Counted from the stretch's first letter, positions 20,862 through 30,748 are shown. The stretch is DNA of 49,156 bases from Flavobacteriaceae bacterium (GCA_050186955.1 JBFWXZ010000001.1:1-49156); one strand, 5' to 3'. Made by a program: numbers and translations. The notes: a model not told the origin generated them from the sequence alone.

Positions 20862-22180
20862 CCGCCCTGCCGCGTCTTTTCCTCGCGCTGCTTCTCGCCT
20901 GCGCCGCGTTTTCCGCCTCCGCCGCCGACATCAGGCGCGTCGAGAGCCCCGGCGGCATCGTCGGCTGGCTCGTCTCCGACGACACCGTGCCGCTGCTGGC
21001 GGTGAAGTTCGCCTTCACCGGCGGCGCCGCCCAGGATCCCGACGGCAAGGCCGGCGTCGCCAACATGGTCTCCGGCCTGCTCGACGAGGGCGCCGGCGAC
21101 ATGGATGCCCAGCAGTTCCAGCGCCGCGCCGAGGAACTGGCGATCCGCTATAATTTCGACGCCGGCCGCGACGCCTTCTACGGCGAGCTGCGCACGCTGT
21201 CGGAGAATATCGACGCGGCGGTCGACCTCGTCCGCATCGCCATCTCGTCGCCGCGCTTCGACGAGGACGCCGTGGAGCGCATCCGCGGCCAGATCGTCTC
21301 CGGCCTGCGCGGCGACATCAACGATCCCGACACCATCGCCTCGCGCGCCTGGATGCAGGCGATCTTCGGCGATCATCCCTACGGCCGGCCGATCGACGGC
21401 ACGATGGAGAGCGTCGCGCGCATCGGCCGCGACGACCTCGTCGCCTTCGCGAGCGCCAACTTCGCCCGCGACAACCTCCATGTCGCCGCCGTCGGCGATA
21501 TCTCCGAGGAAGCCTTCGGGCTCCTGCTCGACCGGATGTTCTCCGGCCTGCCGGAGACGGCCTCGCTGCGCACCGTCCCACAGGCCTCGCTCGCCGCGCG
21601 GCCCTTCGAGACGGTGATCGATACCGACGTGCCGCAGACCGTCATCCAGTTCGGCGGCCCCGGGCTGATGCGGCACGATCCCGACTTCGTGCCGGCCTAC
21701 GTCCTCAACCACCTCCTCGGCGGCGGCACCTTCACCTCCAGGCTCTATGACGAGATCCGCGAGAAGCGCGGCCTCGCCTATGGCGTCGACACCTATCTCT
21801 ACCCGCTCGACCACGCCGCCCTGTTCGGCGGCGGGGTGGCGACGCGCGGCGAGCGCGCCGCGGAATCGCTGAGGATCATCCGCGAGGAGATCGCCCGCAT
21901 CGCCGCCGACGGTCCGACGCAGGCCGAGCTCGACGAGGCCAAGGCCTATCTCAAGGGCTCCTATCCGCTGCGCTTCGACACCTCCGGCAAGATCGCCGGC
22001 CAGCTCCTGCAGATCCAGATCGAGGAACTCGGCATCGACTATATCGAGCGCCGCAACTCGCTGATCGACGCCGTCACCATCGACGACGTCAGGCGGGCGG
22101 CCGGCCGCCTTTTCGCCGACGGCGCGCCCTATGTGACCATCGTCGGGCGCAAGGCGGCGCTGGAAAACTCCGGCGGCTGA
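20858..22180 (+). CDS. M16 family peptidase-like protein lacking HxxEH (non-catalytic partner)
   Basis: Starts at an ATG overlapping the upstream stop (ATGA at 20858-20861). It has a signal peptide. The position of HxxEH reads VANMVSGLLDEG. The rest of track ORF 19517..22180 is out-of-frame overlap. Confidence 0.85.
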   Translation: MTALPRLFLALLLACAAFSASAADIRRVESPGGIVGWLVSDDTVPLLAVKFAFTGGAAQDPDGKAGVANMVSGLLDEGAGDMDAQQFQRRAEELAIRYNFDAGRDAFYGELRTLSENIDAAVDLVRIAISSPRFDEDAVERIRGQIVSGLRGDINDPDTIASRAWMQAIFGDHPYGRPIDGTMESVARIGRDDLVAFASANFARDNLHVAAVGDISEEAFGLLLDRMFSGLPETASLRTVPQASLAARPFETVIDTDVPQTVIQFGGPGLMRHDPDFVPAYVLNHLLGGGTFTSRLYDEIREKRGLAYGVDTYLYPLDHAALFGGGVATRGERAAESLRIIREEIARIAADGPTQAELDEAKAYLKGSYPLRFDTSGKIAGQLLQIQIEELGIDYIERRNSLIDAVTIDDVRRAAGRLFADGAPYVTIVGRKAALENSGG

Positions 22181-22293
22181 GGGCGCATCGCTGGCGGCGT
22201 TTCATGCGCCGCGTCTATCCTGAAAGCGGATGCCGGCGCTGATTCGGGCCCTGAGCCCGTCGGCCCGGCGGAAAGAGGCCCATACGATCGCCC

Positions 22294-23592
22294 ATGCGAC
22301 AATCGCTCGAAAACTGTCTCTACGGGAATATCGGCGGCGCCGGCGTCGAGGCGGCGGCCCTGGAGGCGCTGCTGGACAGCGCCGCCCCGGTGCTCGCGGG
22401 GCTGCGGCGCAAGGCGGAGAGCGGTGCGCTGCCGCTGCTCTCCCTGCCGTCGCGCACGGACGATCTCGAAGGCGTCGCCGAATGCGCCGGCTGGCTGCGC
22501 GGGGCGCGCCACGCGGTGCTGCTCGGCACCGGCGGCTCCAGCCTCGGCGGCCAGACGCTCGCCCAGGCCGGCGGCTGGAACGTGCCGGGCTCGGCGGTCA
22601 GGCCCGACATCCTTTTCCTCGACAATCTCGACGCCGAGAGCCTCGCCGCCGCGCTGGCGGCGCTGCCGCTCGCCGACACGCGCTTTCTCGTCACCTCGAA
22701 GTCCGGCGGCACCGGCGAGACGCTGATCCAGGCGATCTGCGTGCTCGACGCGCTGGAGAAGGCCGGGCTCGGCGCCGAGATCGGCGACCGCGTCATGGGG
22801 CTCTCCGAGCCGGCGAGGCCAGGTGCGGATAGCAAGCTGCGGGCGCTGCTAGAACCCTATGGCGTCCGTTTCTTCGATCACGATCCCGGCGTCGGCGGGC
22901 GCTATTCGTCGCTGACCAATGTCGGGCTCGTCCCGGCGGCGCTCGCCGGCCTCGACCCCGAGGCCGTGCGCCGGGGGGCCGCGCGCGCCGTGCGGCCCGT
23001 GCTCGACGGCTCGTCGCCGCGCGACTGCCCGGCGGCGCTCGGCGCGGCGCTCTCCGTCGCGGCGGGCGAGGCCGGGCTTTCGGCGCAGGTCATGTGGGCC
23101 TATGCCGACCGGCTGGAGCGCTTCACCCGCTGGTACGTCCAGCTCTGGTCGGAATCGCTCGGCAAGGACGGCAGGGGGACGACGCCGGTCGCAGCCGTCG
23201 GCCCGGTCGACCAGCATTCGCAGCTCCAGCTCTTTCTCGCCGGACCCGTCGACAAGCTGGTCACCATCGTCATGACCGACTGCCGCGGCAACGGACCGGC
23301 GATGCCCGCGAAGCTCGCGGAAGCTGCCGGCGAGCCGGGCTTTTCCGGCCGCCATGTCGGCGATTTCGTCTGGGCCCAGCAGCGCGCCACCGCCGACACG
23401 CTCGCCGCCAACGGTCGCCCGGTGCGCACGATCCTGCTCGACCGCATCGACGCGGAATCGGTCGGCGAGCTGCTCATGCATTTCATGCTCGAGACGATCA
23501 TCGCCGCCGGGCTGATGGAGGTCGACGCCTTCGACCAGCCGGCGGTGGAGGAGGGCAAGGTGCTCGCCAAGAAATACCTGGCGGAGGGATGA
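22294..23592 (+). CDS. pgi: glucose-6-phosphate isomerase (short, about 430-aa SIS-type form)
   Basis: The blocks LLGTGGSSLG, TSKSGGTGET, GGRYS and VDQHSQLQL are typical of PGI. Confidence 0.85.
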   Translation: MRQSLENCLYGNIGGAGVEAAALEALLDSAAPVLAGLRRKAESGALPLLSLPSRTDDLEGVAECAGWLRGARHAVLLGTGGSSLGGQTLAQAGGWNVPGSAVRPDILFLDNLDAESLAAALAALPLADTRFLVTSKSGGTGETLIQAICVLDALEKAGLGAEIGDRVMGLSEPARPGADSKLRALLEPYGVRFFDHDPGVGGRYSSLTNVGLVPAALAGLDPEAVRRGAARAVRPVLDGSSPRDCPAALGAALSVAAGEAGLSAQVMWAYADRLERFTRWYVQLWSESLGKDGRGTTPVAAVGPVDQHSQLQLFLAGPVDKLVTIVMTDCRGNGPAMPAKLAEAAGEPGFSGRHVGDFVWAQQRATADTLAANGRPVRTILLDRIDAESVGELLMHFMLETIIAAGLMEVDAFDQPAVEEGKVLAKKYLAEG

Positions 23593-25397
23593 TGGCCGTC
23601 CGCCGCCTGCCGGATCATCTGGTCGACCGCATCGCCGCCGGCGAGGTGGTCGAGCGCCCGGCGAGCGTCGTCAAGGAGCTCGCCGAGAACGCGCTCGACG
23701 CCGGCGCGACCGCCATCGACATCGTCGTCGAGGGCGGCGGCCGGAGGCTGATCCGCGTCGTCGACAATGGCGGCGGCATGGATCGCGACGACCTCGCGCT
23801 CGCGGTCGAGCGCCACGCGACCTCGAAGATCCCCGGCGACGACATTTCCGATATCCGCACGCTCGGCTTTCGCGGCGAGGCGCTGCCCTCCATCGGCTCG
23901 GTCTCGCGGCTGACCATCGTCTCGCGCAGCGCGGAAGGCGACAGCGGCTGGCGCATCGAGGTCGACGGCGGCCGGGTGACGCCACCGGTTCCCGCCGCCG
24001 CCAATCGCGGCACCCGCGTCGACGTCGCCGACCTCTTCCACGCGACGCCGGCGCGCCTCAAATTCCTCAAGAGCGAGCCGGCGGAGAACCAGGCCGTCGC
24101 CGACACGGTGCGCCGCCTCGCCGTCGCCCATCCGCAGGTCGCCTTCTCGCTGACCGCCGGCGAGCGCAACGTGCTCGCGGTTCCCGCCGAGGCGGGGGCG
24201 TGGGAGGAAGCGCGCCTGCGCCGGGTCGCCGCCGTCCTCGGCGCCGATGTCGAGGCCAACATGATCCCCGTCGACGCCGCCCGCGAGAACGTTCGCCTGA
24301 GCGGCTTCGCCGGCCTGCCGACCTGGCACCGCGCCGACGCCCGCCGGCAGTTCCTCTTCGTCAACGGACGCCCGGTGCGCGACAAGGTGCTGACCGGCGC
24401 GCTGCGCGCCGGCTACATGGACGTGATGGCGAGGGACCGCCAGCCGGTGGTGGCGCTGTGGCTTGACATCGACCCGCATGCCGTCGACGTCAACGTCCAC
24501 CCCGCCAAGACCGAGGTGCGCTTCCGCGACGCCGGCCTGGTGCGCGGGCTGATCGTCTCCGCCCTGCGCCGCGCCTTCGCCGAGACCGCCGTCGCCACCT
24601 CCGCCGATACCGCCGCCGAGGCGGTCGCCGCCTTCCGGACGGGGGGCGGGGGGACGGGATTCGGGCAAGGGTTCAGGCAAGGGTTCAGGCAATCCGCCTA
24701 CAATGCCCGCGCGGCGACCGCCTTCGCCGAGGCGCAGCGGCCCTTCGAGGATTTCGCCGCGCCCTCGGCGGACGCCCGCGCCGGCTTCGCGGAGGCCATG
24801 CCCGAGGATACGGCGGCGCACCCGCTGGGCGCCGCCCGCGCCCAGCTCCACGAGAACTACATCGTCGCCCAGACCGCCGACGGCCTGGTCATCGTCGACC
24901 AGCACGCCGCCCATGAGCGCATCGTCTACGAGCGCATGAAGGCGGGCCTCGCCGATGGCGGCATCGCCAGGCAGATGCTGCTGATCCCGGAGGTCGTCGA
25001 CCTCGGCGAGGACGAGGCCGACCGCCTCGCCGAGCGGGCCGCCGAGCTTGCCGAGCTAGGCCTCGTGCTCGAGCCCTTCGGCCCCGGCGCGGTGGCGGTG
25101 CGCGAGACGCCGGCGCTGCTCGGCGAGTTCGACGTCGCGGCGCGGGTGCGCGATCACGCCGGCGACCACGCCGAGCACGACGAGACGACGCGGCTTTCCG
25201 AGCGCCTCAACGCCGTCGCCTCGACCATGGCCTGCCACGGCAGCGTGCGCTCCGGCCGGCGCCTCGCCCCGCGCGAGATGGACGCCCTCTTGCGGGAAAT
25301 GGAGAAGACGCCAAATTCCAGCCAGTGCAACCATGGCCGCCCGACCTTCATCGAGCTCAGGCTCGGCGACATCGAGCGGCTTTTCGGGAGGCGGTAG
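23589..25397 (+). CDS. mutL: DNA mismatch repair endonuclease MutL
   Basis: N-terminal GHKL ATPase (IAAGEVVERPASVVKELAENALDAG) and the C-terminal endonuclease motif DQHAAHERIVYE. Tandem ATG ATG at 23589/23592 overlaps the pgi stop. Confidence 0.95.
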   Translation: MMAVRRLPDHLVDRIAAGEVVERPASVVKELAENALDAGATAIDIVVEGGGRRLIRVVDNGGGMDRDDLALAVERHATSKIPGDDISDIRTLGFRGEALPSIGSVSRLTIVSRSAEGDSGWRIEVDGGRVTPPVPAAANRGTRVDVADLFHATPARLKFLKSEPAENQAVADTVRRLAVAHPQVAFSLTAGERNVLAVPAEAGAWEEARLRRVAAVLGADVEANMIPVDAARENVRLSGFAGLPTWHRADARRQFLFVNGRPVRDKVLTGALRAGYMDVMARDRQPVVALWLDIDPHAVDVNVHPAKTEVRFRDAGLVRGLIVSALRRAFAETAVATSADTAAEAVAAFRTGGGGTGFGQGFRQGFRQSAYNARAATAFAEAQRPFEDFAAPSADARAGFAEAMPEDTAAHPLGAARAQLHENYIVAQTADGLVIVDQHAAHERIVYERMKAGLADGGIARQMLLIPEVVDLGEDEADRLAERAAELAELGLVLEPFGPGAVAVRETPALLGEFDVAARVRDHAGDHAEHDETTRLSERLNAVASTMACHGSVRSGRRLAPREMDALLREMEKTPNSSQCNHGRPTFIELRLGDIERLFGRR

Positions 25398-25405
25398 GGA
25401 TCGCG

Positions 25406-25927
25406 ATGCAACAGGCGAGAGCGCAGTCGTCCTTTACGTGGTTCCGGCAGTTCGTCGACGCGCTGCTCGGGCCGTTCCGCATGCCGAAGCGCCGGCAGGT
25501 CGCGGCGCTGTGCTACCGCCGCCGCAAGAAGGGCGTCGAGGTGCTGCTGGTCAGCTCGCGCGGCCGCGGCCGCTGGATTCTGCCCAAGGGCAACCCCGAG
25601 CTCGGCTCGACGCCCGAGAAGATGGCCGCCCGAGAGGCGCTGGAGGAGGCCGGCGCCGTCGGCAAGGTGCGGCGCGAGCCCTTCATGCGCTGCGCCGCCG
25701 GCAAGGGGCTCGGCAGCGGCATCGAGGTCGCCACCGACACCGACGTCTATCTCCTCGAGGTCGCCGAGCTGAAGGACAGCTTCGCCGAGGCGGGGCAGCG
25801 CAAGCGTCGCTGGCTGCCCGTCGACGAAGCGATCGAGACGGTCGACGACGCCGGCTTCCGCGACGCCCTCGTCGCCTTCCGCGCGCGGCTCGCCGCCGCC
25901 GCGCCGGCCGCGAAATCTGGGGAATAG
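25406..25927 (+). CDS. NUDIX hydrolase
   Basis: Nudix box ILPKGNPELGSTPEKMAAREALEEAGAVG. ATG at 25406, 8 nt after the mutL stop. Confidence 0.85.
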   Translation: MQQARAQSSFTWFRQFVDALLGPFRMPKRRQVAALCYRRRKKGVEVLLVSSRGRGRWILPKGNPELGSTPEKMAAREALEEAGAVGKVRREPFMRCAAGKGLGSGIEVATDTDVYLLEVAELKDSFAEAGQRKRRWLPVDEAIETVDDAGFRDALVAFRARLAAAAPAAKSGE

Positions 25928-26019
25928 GCCTGCCTGATGCTTGACCCGGCGCCGCGCGGAGGCCACCCCGGTTCGACCGGCGCATCGCCGCGCCCGCAGA
26001 TCCGCGACGGGATGGCTTC

Positions 26020-27525
26020 GTGAGCGATACGACCCGCAACTACCGCAAGCCGACCCTCGACAAGGACCTCGACAAGCTCGGCTACATGGAGGAGGCGGTC
26101 GGCGCGCTCGGCCGCCGCTATGTCGCGCCGGGCCTCGCCCTGCTTTTCATCGCCCTCTGCGCGCTGCTGGCCGGCGTCTGGCTGACCGGCCATGCCGGCG
26201 GGCCGACGATCGCCGTCGCTGCCGTCATCGGCGCCTATATGGCGCTCAATATCGGCGCCAACGACGTCGCCAACAATATGGGCCCGGCGGTCGGCTCGCG
26301 GGCGCTGAGCCTCGGCGCGGCGCTGGTCATCGCCGCGATCTTCGAGAGCGCCGGCGCGCTGGTCGCCGGCGGCGACGTCGTCGAGACGGTCGCCAAGGGG
26401 ATCGTCGCGCCGGAGACCATCGCCGATTCCGCGACCTTCATGGCGGTGATGCTGTCGGCGCTGATGGCCTCGGCGCTGTGGATCAACCTCGCCACCTGGA
26501 TCGGCGCCCCGGTCTCCACCACCCATGCGATCGTCGGCGGCGTCGTCGGCGCCGGCATAACCGCCGCCGGGGTCTCGGCGGTTGACTGGTCGACCATGGG
26601 CGGCATCGCCGCGAGCTGGGTCATATCGCCGGTCATGGGCGGCGTCATCGCCGCCGCCGCGCTCGCCTTCGTCAAGACCTTCATCATCTATCGCGACGAC
26701 AAGATCGCCGCCGCCCGCCGCTGGGTACCGGTGCTGATCGCGGTGATGGCCGGCGTCTTCGCCGCCTATCTGGCCAAGAAGGGGCTGGGCAGGATCACCC
26801 ATATCGGCCTCGGCGAGGCGTGCCTGGCGGGGCTCGCCGTCGGCATCGTCTTCTGGCTGGTCTCGGTGCCGATGATCCGCCGCGACGCGCGGGGGCTGGA
26901 GAACCGGAACCAGTCGCTGCGCGCGCTCTTCAACATGCCGCTCGTCGCCTCCGCCGCGCTGCTCTCCTTCGCCCATGGGGCCAACGACGTCGCCAACGCC
27001 GTCGGGCCGCTGGCGGCCATCGTCCACACCGCCGAGTTCGGCGACGTGGCGACCGCCGTCGACATCCCGATCTGGGTCATGGTCGTCGGCGCGCTCGGCA
27101 TCTCGCTCGGCCTCATCCTGTTCGGCCCGCGCCTCATCCAGATGGTCGGCGGGCAGATCACCAAGCTCAACCCGATGCGCGCCTACTGCGTCGCCCTGTC
27201 GGCGGGCGTCACCGTGCTCGTCGCCTCGGCCCTCGGCCTGCCGGTCAGTTCGACCCACATCGCGGTCGGCGCGGTGTTCGGCGTCGGCTTCTTCCGCGAA
27301 TGGTACACGGAGCGCTCGAAGCGCCGCGTCGCCCATGTCAACAAGCACCGCATCAACCCGGCGAAGAAGGTGCGCCCGGTCCGCGACCGCGAGGAGCAGC
27401 GCCGCCGCCGGCTGGTGCGCCGCGCCCATTTCACAACCATCGTCGCCGCCTGGATCGTCACCGTACCGTCGGCGGCGGCGATCTCCTCGCTGATCTTCCT
27501 CGCCGTCCGGCTGGTCTGGTCCTAG
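26020..27525 (+). CDS. inorganic phosphate transporter, PiT family
   Basis: Duplicated GANDVAN signature (GANDVANNMGP and GANDVANAVGP), a multi-TM body and 501 aa. Confidence 0.9.
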   Translation: MSDTTRNYRKPTLDKDLDKLGYMEEAVGALGRRYVAPGLALLFIALCALLAGVWLTGHAGGPTIAVAAVIGAYMALNIGANDVANNMGPAVGSRALSLGAALVIAAIFESAGALVAGGDVVETVAKGIVAPETIADSATFMAVMLSALMASALWINLATWIGAPVSTTHAIVGGVVGAGITAAGVSAVDWSTMGGIAASWVISPVMGGVIAAAALAFVKTFIIYRDDKIAAARRWVPVLIAVMAGVFAAYLAKKGLGRITHIGLGEACLAGLAVGIVFWLVSVPMIRRDARGLENRNQSLRALFNMPLVASAALLSFAHGANDVANAVGPLAAIVHTAEFGDVATAVDIPIWVMVVGALGISLGLILFGPRLIQMVGGQITKLNPMRAYCVALSAGVTVLVASALGLPVSSTHIAVGAVFGVGFFREWYTERSKRRVAHVNKHRINPAKKVRPVRDREEQRRRRLVRRAHFTTIVAAWIVTVPSAAAISSLIFLAVRLVWS

Positions 27526-27590
27526 GGGCGCGGGGGTTCGGGCGCGGCCCGTCTCGAAGGATGGGCCCAAGAACGCCGCCTACACCGCGC

Positions 27591-27673
27591 CTGGATTCCG
27601 GCCTCCGCCGGAATGAGGGGTAGTGTTGAAGCATCAGCTCCAATCGTCATTTCGGCGAAGGCTGAGAATCCAG
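27591..27673. repeat. 83-bp palindromic REP/MITE-like element, copy A
   Basis: Arms CTGGATTCCGGCCTCCGCCGGAATGA and TCATTTCGGCGAAGGCTGAGAATCCAG flank a 29-nt loop. It has the same architecture and length as 30666-30748. Confidence 0.75.
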
Positions 27674-27808
27674 CTACGGCGGTGGCCGGGTTCCCGACGG
27701 TGGCGATGCGCGCCTGCGTTCGCCGCGCGCGGCGGAAGCGTTCCGGGCTCAGGTCGGCGGCAATGGCGACGGTGTGAAGCCGCCGCTCCTCAACGATGCT
27801 GCAAGGCC

Positions 27809-28510
27809 CTAGCCCGGCAGCGCCAGCCAGCGGCGGGCGAGCTCGGCGCCGAAGGCGTCGGCGGCGGGCGCGGCGCGGGCGATTTCCGCCTCCATGCGCG
27901 CCGGCCAGTCGGGAATGTGCTCGCCGATATAGGCGCGGTAGGCGCGCGCCCAGTGGCGGACATGGGCGGCGTCGGCCTCGAAGTGGAACTGCACCGCATA
28001 GGTGGCCGCCCCCATGCGCCATGCCTGCACCGGCGTCATCTCGCTCGACGCCAGATGCGTCGCGCCCTTAGGCAGCGTCACCGTGTCGTTGTGCCAGTGG
28101 AAGCTCGGCGCCGGCGCGGTCAGGCTGCGGAACACCGGGTCTGACGCCGCGTCCGCCGTCGGGGCGACCGGCAGGTAGCCGAACTCCAGCGGCCTGCCCA
28201 GCACGTTGCCGCCGCCGAAGGCGCGGGCGAGGAGCTGCGAGCCGAGGCAGATGCCGAGCACCGGCTTTCGCGCCGCGTGGAAGTCGCGCACCAGCGCCGT
28301 CAGCGCCGGGAACCACGGACCGGCCGCGTCGTCGAGCGCGTTCTGCCCGCCGCCGAGCACGATCAGCCGGTCGTGGGCGGCGCAGTCGCCGGGCAGGCTC
28401 GCGCCGAGATGCATGCGCCTGATGTCGGCGGCGGCGCCGGCCTCGCCGATCAGCGGCGCCAGCGCGCCGAGATCGCTGTCGGCGAAATTCTCCACCACGA
28501 GGATGCTCAT
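27809..28510 (-). CDS. class I glutamine amidotransferase-like protein
   Basis: GATase1 nucleophile elbow GICLGSQLL and the downstream VQFHFE block. Its ATG overlaps the rsmD stop (ATGA at 28507-28510). Confidence 0.85.
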   Translation of the reverse strand: MSILVVENFADSDLGALAPLIGEAGAAADIRRMHLGASLPGDCAAHDRLIVLGGGQNALDDAAGPWFPALTALVRDFHAARKPVLGICLGSQLLARAFGGGNVLGRPLEFGYLPVAPTADAASDPVFRSLTAPAPSFHWHNDTVTLPKGATHLASSEMTPVQAWRMGAATYAVQFHFEADAAHVRHWARAYRAYIGEHIPDWPARMEAEIARAAPAADAFGAELARRWLALPG

Positions 28511-29076
28511 CGCCCGCCCGGCTCCCGGTAGCGCAGGAACAGCACCTGGCTGTCGCCATATTCGCGGGCGTCCTCGCGCTGATAGGCGGCGGGCAGCGCG
28601 ATCTCGACGCCGGCCTTCTCCTCCACGGCGAGCAGCGCCCCGTCAGCGAGCCAGTCGCCATGGGTCAGGCTCTTCAGCGCGCCCTCGGCGAGCTTCTTGC
28701 CGTAGGGCGGGTCGAGGAAGACGAGGGTGAACTCGCCCTTGCCGTTCGCCGGGCCCAGATGCGTGGCGTCGCGCCTGGAGATGCGCGCGAGGCCCATCAC
28801 GCCGGCGGCCTCGAGGTTCCGCCTGACCAGCGCCCGCGAGGCCGCCGAGACGTCGATGAAGAGCGCCGAGCGCGCGCCGCGCGACAGCGCCTCCAATCCC
28901 AGCGCGCCGGTGCCGGCGAAGAGATCGAGCACGCGCGCGCCGGCGGCCGCGTCGTCGAAACGGTGCTGGAGGATGTTGAACACCGCCTCGCGCAGCCGGT
29001 CCGAGGACGGGCGGATCGCGCGGTCGGCGGGGGCGGCGAGCGTGAGCCCGCTAAACTTTCCGCCGACGATCCGCAT
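28507..29076 (-). CDS. rsmD: 16S rRNA (guanine966-N2)-methyltransferase RsmD
   Basis: The blocks RPSSDRLREAVFNIL, LDLFAGTGALGLEALSRGA and VFLDPPYG. Confidence 0.9.
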   Translation of the reverse strand: MRIVGGKFSGLTLAAPADRAIRPSSDRLREAVFNILQHRFDDAAAGARVLDLFAGTGALGLEALSRGARSALFIDVSAASRALVRRNLEAAGVMGLARISRRDATHLGPANGKGEFTLVFLDPPYGKKLAEGALKSLTHGDWLADGALLAVEEKAGVEIALPAAYQREDAREYGDSQVLFLRYREPGGR

Positions 29077-29950
29077 GGTTCTTCCTGTTCTTGCCCGCCG
29101 GCCGGCTCGTTCGCGAGGGCGCGCGCCCCGGCGCCTCGTTGTTGCCCGCGGGCTTTCCGCCCGCGGCCCTGTCGCGCGGCGGCGCGAGGTCGACGCCGGC
29201 GGCGTCGGCGAGCTTGTGGCCGAGCTGGTCGCGCAGCACCCGCGCCTTGACCTCCTCGACGCCGCCGGGGGCGATGTCGCCGAGCTGGAAGGGGCCGAAG
29301 GAAACGCGGATCAGCCGCGTCACCGCGAGGCCGAGATGGTCGAGGACCCGCTTGATCTCGCGGTTCTTGCCCTCGCGCAGCCCCATGGTCAGCCAGGCAT
29401 TGGCGCCCTGCTGGCGGTCGAGCGCCGCCTCAATGGGGCCGTAGCGCACCCCGTCGACGGTGATGCCGTCCCTGAGTTTCGCCATGTCGGCCTCCGCCGG
29501 CAGCCCGTGCACGCGCACCCGGTAGCGCCTGAGCCAGCCGGTCGCCGGCAGCTCAAGCACCCGGGCGAGGCCGCCATCATTGGTCAGCAGCAGCAGCCCC
29601 TCGGTGTTGATGTCGAGCCGGCCGACCGAGATCACCCGCGGCATCGTCTCGGGCAGCGCGTCGAAGACCGTCGGGCGGCCCTGCGGATCGCGGTTGGTGG
29701 TGACGAAGCCGCGCTTCTTGTGGTGGAGCCACAGCCGCGTCCGCTCGCGCTCGGGCAGCGGATTGCCGTCGACGGCGATCCGGTCCTTCTCCGTCACGAT
29801 GACGGCGGGGCTGTCGAGCACCTTTCCGTTGACGGCGACCCGGCCGGCGGCGATCCACGCCTCCGCCTCGCGGCGCGAGCACAGCCCCGCCCGCGCCATC
29901 ACCTTGGCGATGCGCTCGCCCTTGCCGTTTTCTTCGACGGTTTGCGTCAT
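29051..29950 (-). CDS. pseudouridine synthase, RsuA/RluB family
   Basis: An S4 domain (ERIAKVMARAGLCSRREAE..I..GRV.VNG), the catalytic GRLD.NTEGLLLLTNDG block and a basic C-terminal tail. Trimmed to the ATG at 29950. The 3' end overlaps rsmD by 26 nt. Confidence 0.9.
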   Translation of the reverse strand: MTQTVEENGKGERIAKVMARAGLCSRREAEAWIAAGRVAVNGKVLDSPAVIVTEKDRIAVDGNPLPERERTRLWLHHKKRGFVTTNRDPQGRPTVFDALPETMPRVISVGRLDINTEGLLLLTNDGGLARVLELPATGWLRRYRVRVHGLPAEADMAKLRDGITVDGVRYGPIEAALDRQQGANAWLTMGLREGKNREIKRVLDHLGLAVTRLIRVSFGPFQLGDIAPGGVEEVKARVLRDQLGHKLADAAGVDLAPPRDRAAGGKPAGNNEAPGRAPSRTSRPAGKNRKNHADRRRKV

Positions 29951-29996
29951 GACCGGGCGGTGATAGCAGGAAGCGGATCGAAGAGGGAGACGCAAC

Positions 29997-30437
29997 GTGG
30001 CGCAATTCATGGACGAGGCCATCGCCGAGGCGCGGCTGGCGGCGGCGCGCGGCGAGGTGCCGGTCGGCGCGGTGCTGGTCTCCGGCGGCGGGATCGTCGC
30101 CCGGGCGGGAAACCGCACCCGCGAGCTCGCCGACCCGACGGCGCATGCGGAGATCCTCGTCATCCGCGAGGCGGCGCGCGCCGCCGGCTCCGACCGCCTG
30201 CCGGACTGCGACCTCTACGTCACGCTGGAGCCCTGCGCCATGTGCGCGGCGGCGATCTCGTTCGCCCGCATCCGCCGCCTCTATTACGGCGCCTCCGACC
30301 CCAAGGGCGGCGGCGTCGAGCACGGCGCGCGCTTCTTCATGCAGCCGACCTGCCATCACACGCCGGAGGTCTATGGCGGCATCGGCGAGCGCGAGGCCGC
30401 CGGCATCCTGAAGGCCTTCTTCGCCGAAAGGCGGTAG
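29997..30437 (+). CDS. tadA: tRNA adenosine(34) deaminase TadA
   Basis: HAE...TLEPCAMCAAAI CDA zinc motif, 146 aa. Starts at GTG 29997 or ATG 30009. Confidence 0.92.
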   Translation: MAQFMDEAIAEARLAAARGEVPVGAVLVSGGGIVARAGNRTRELADPTAHAEILVIREAARAAGSDRLPDCDLYVTLEPCAMCAAAISFARIRRLYYGASDPKGGGVEHGARFFMQPTCHHTPEVYGGIGEREAAGILKAFFAERR

Positions 30438-30665
30438 GCATTCGAAGGTTGGCGCCCACCCTTCGAGACGGCCCCTTGGGCCTCCTCAGGGTGAGGGCGA
30501 GGACCGTAGAGAAATCCCTCCGGGGGAGGGATTTCCGGTCCGAACGCCTTAAGGCCTCAAGCCAAGGGCCGGAAGGGAGAGCGCCGCAAACGCCCATCTC
30601 ATCCTGAGGTGCGAGGCGAAGCCGAGCCTTAAAAGGATGGGCCGCAATCTGTCGCACCATCGCCA

Positions 30666-30748
30666 CTGGATTCCGGCCTTCGCCGGAATGACGATTGGGG
30701 CTGATGCCGTGCTTCTAGCCGTCATTCCGGCGAAGGCTAAGAATCCAG
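30666..30748. repeat. 83-bp palindromic REP/MITE-like element, copy B
   Basis: Arms CTGGATTCCGGCCTTCGCCGGAATGAC and GTCATTCCGGCGAAGGCTAAGAATCCAG flank a 28-nt loop. That loop is the reverse complement of the loop in copies A and C. Confidence 0.8.
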
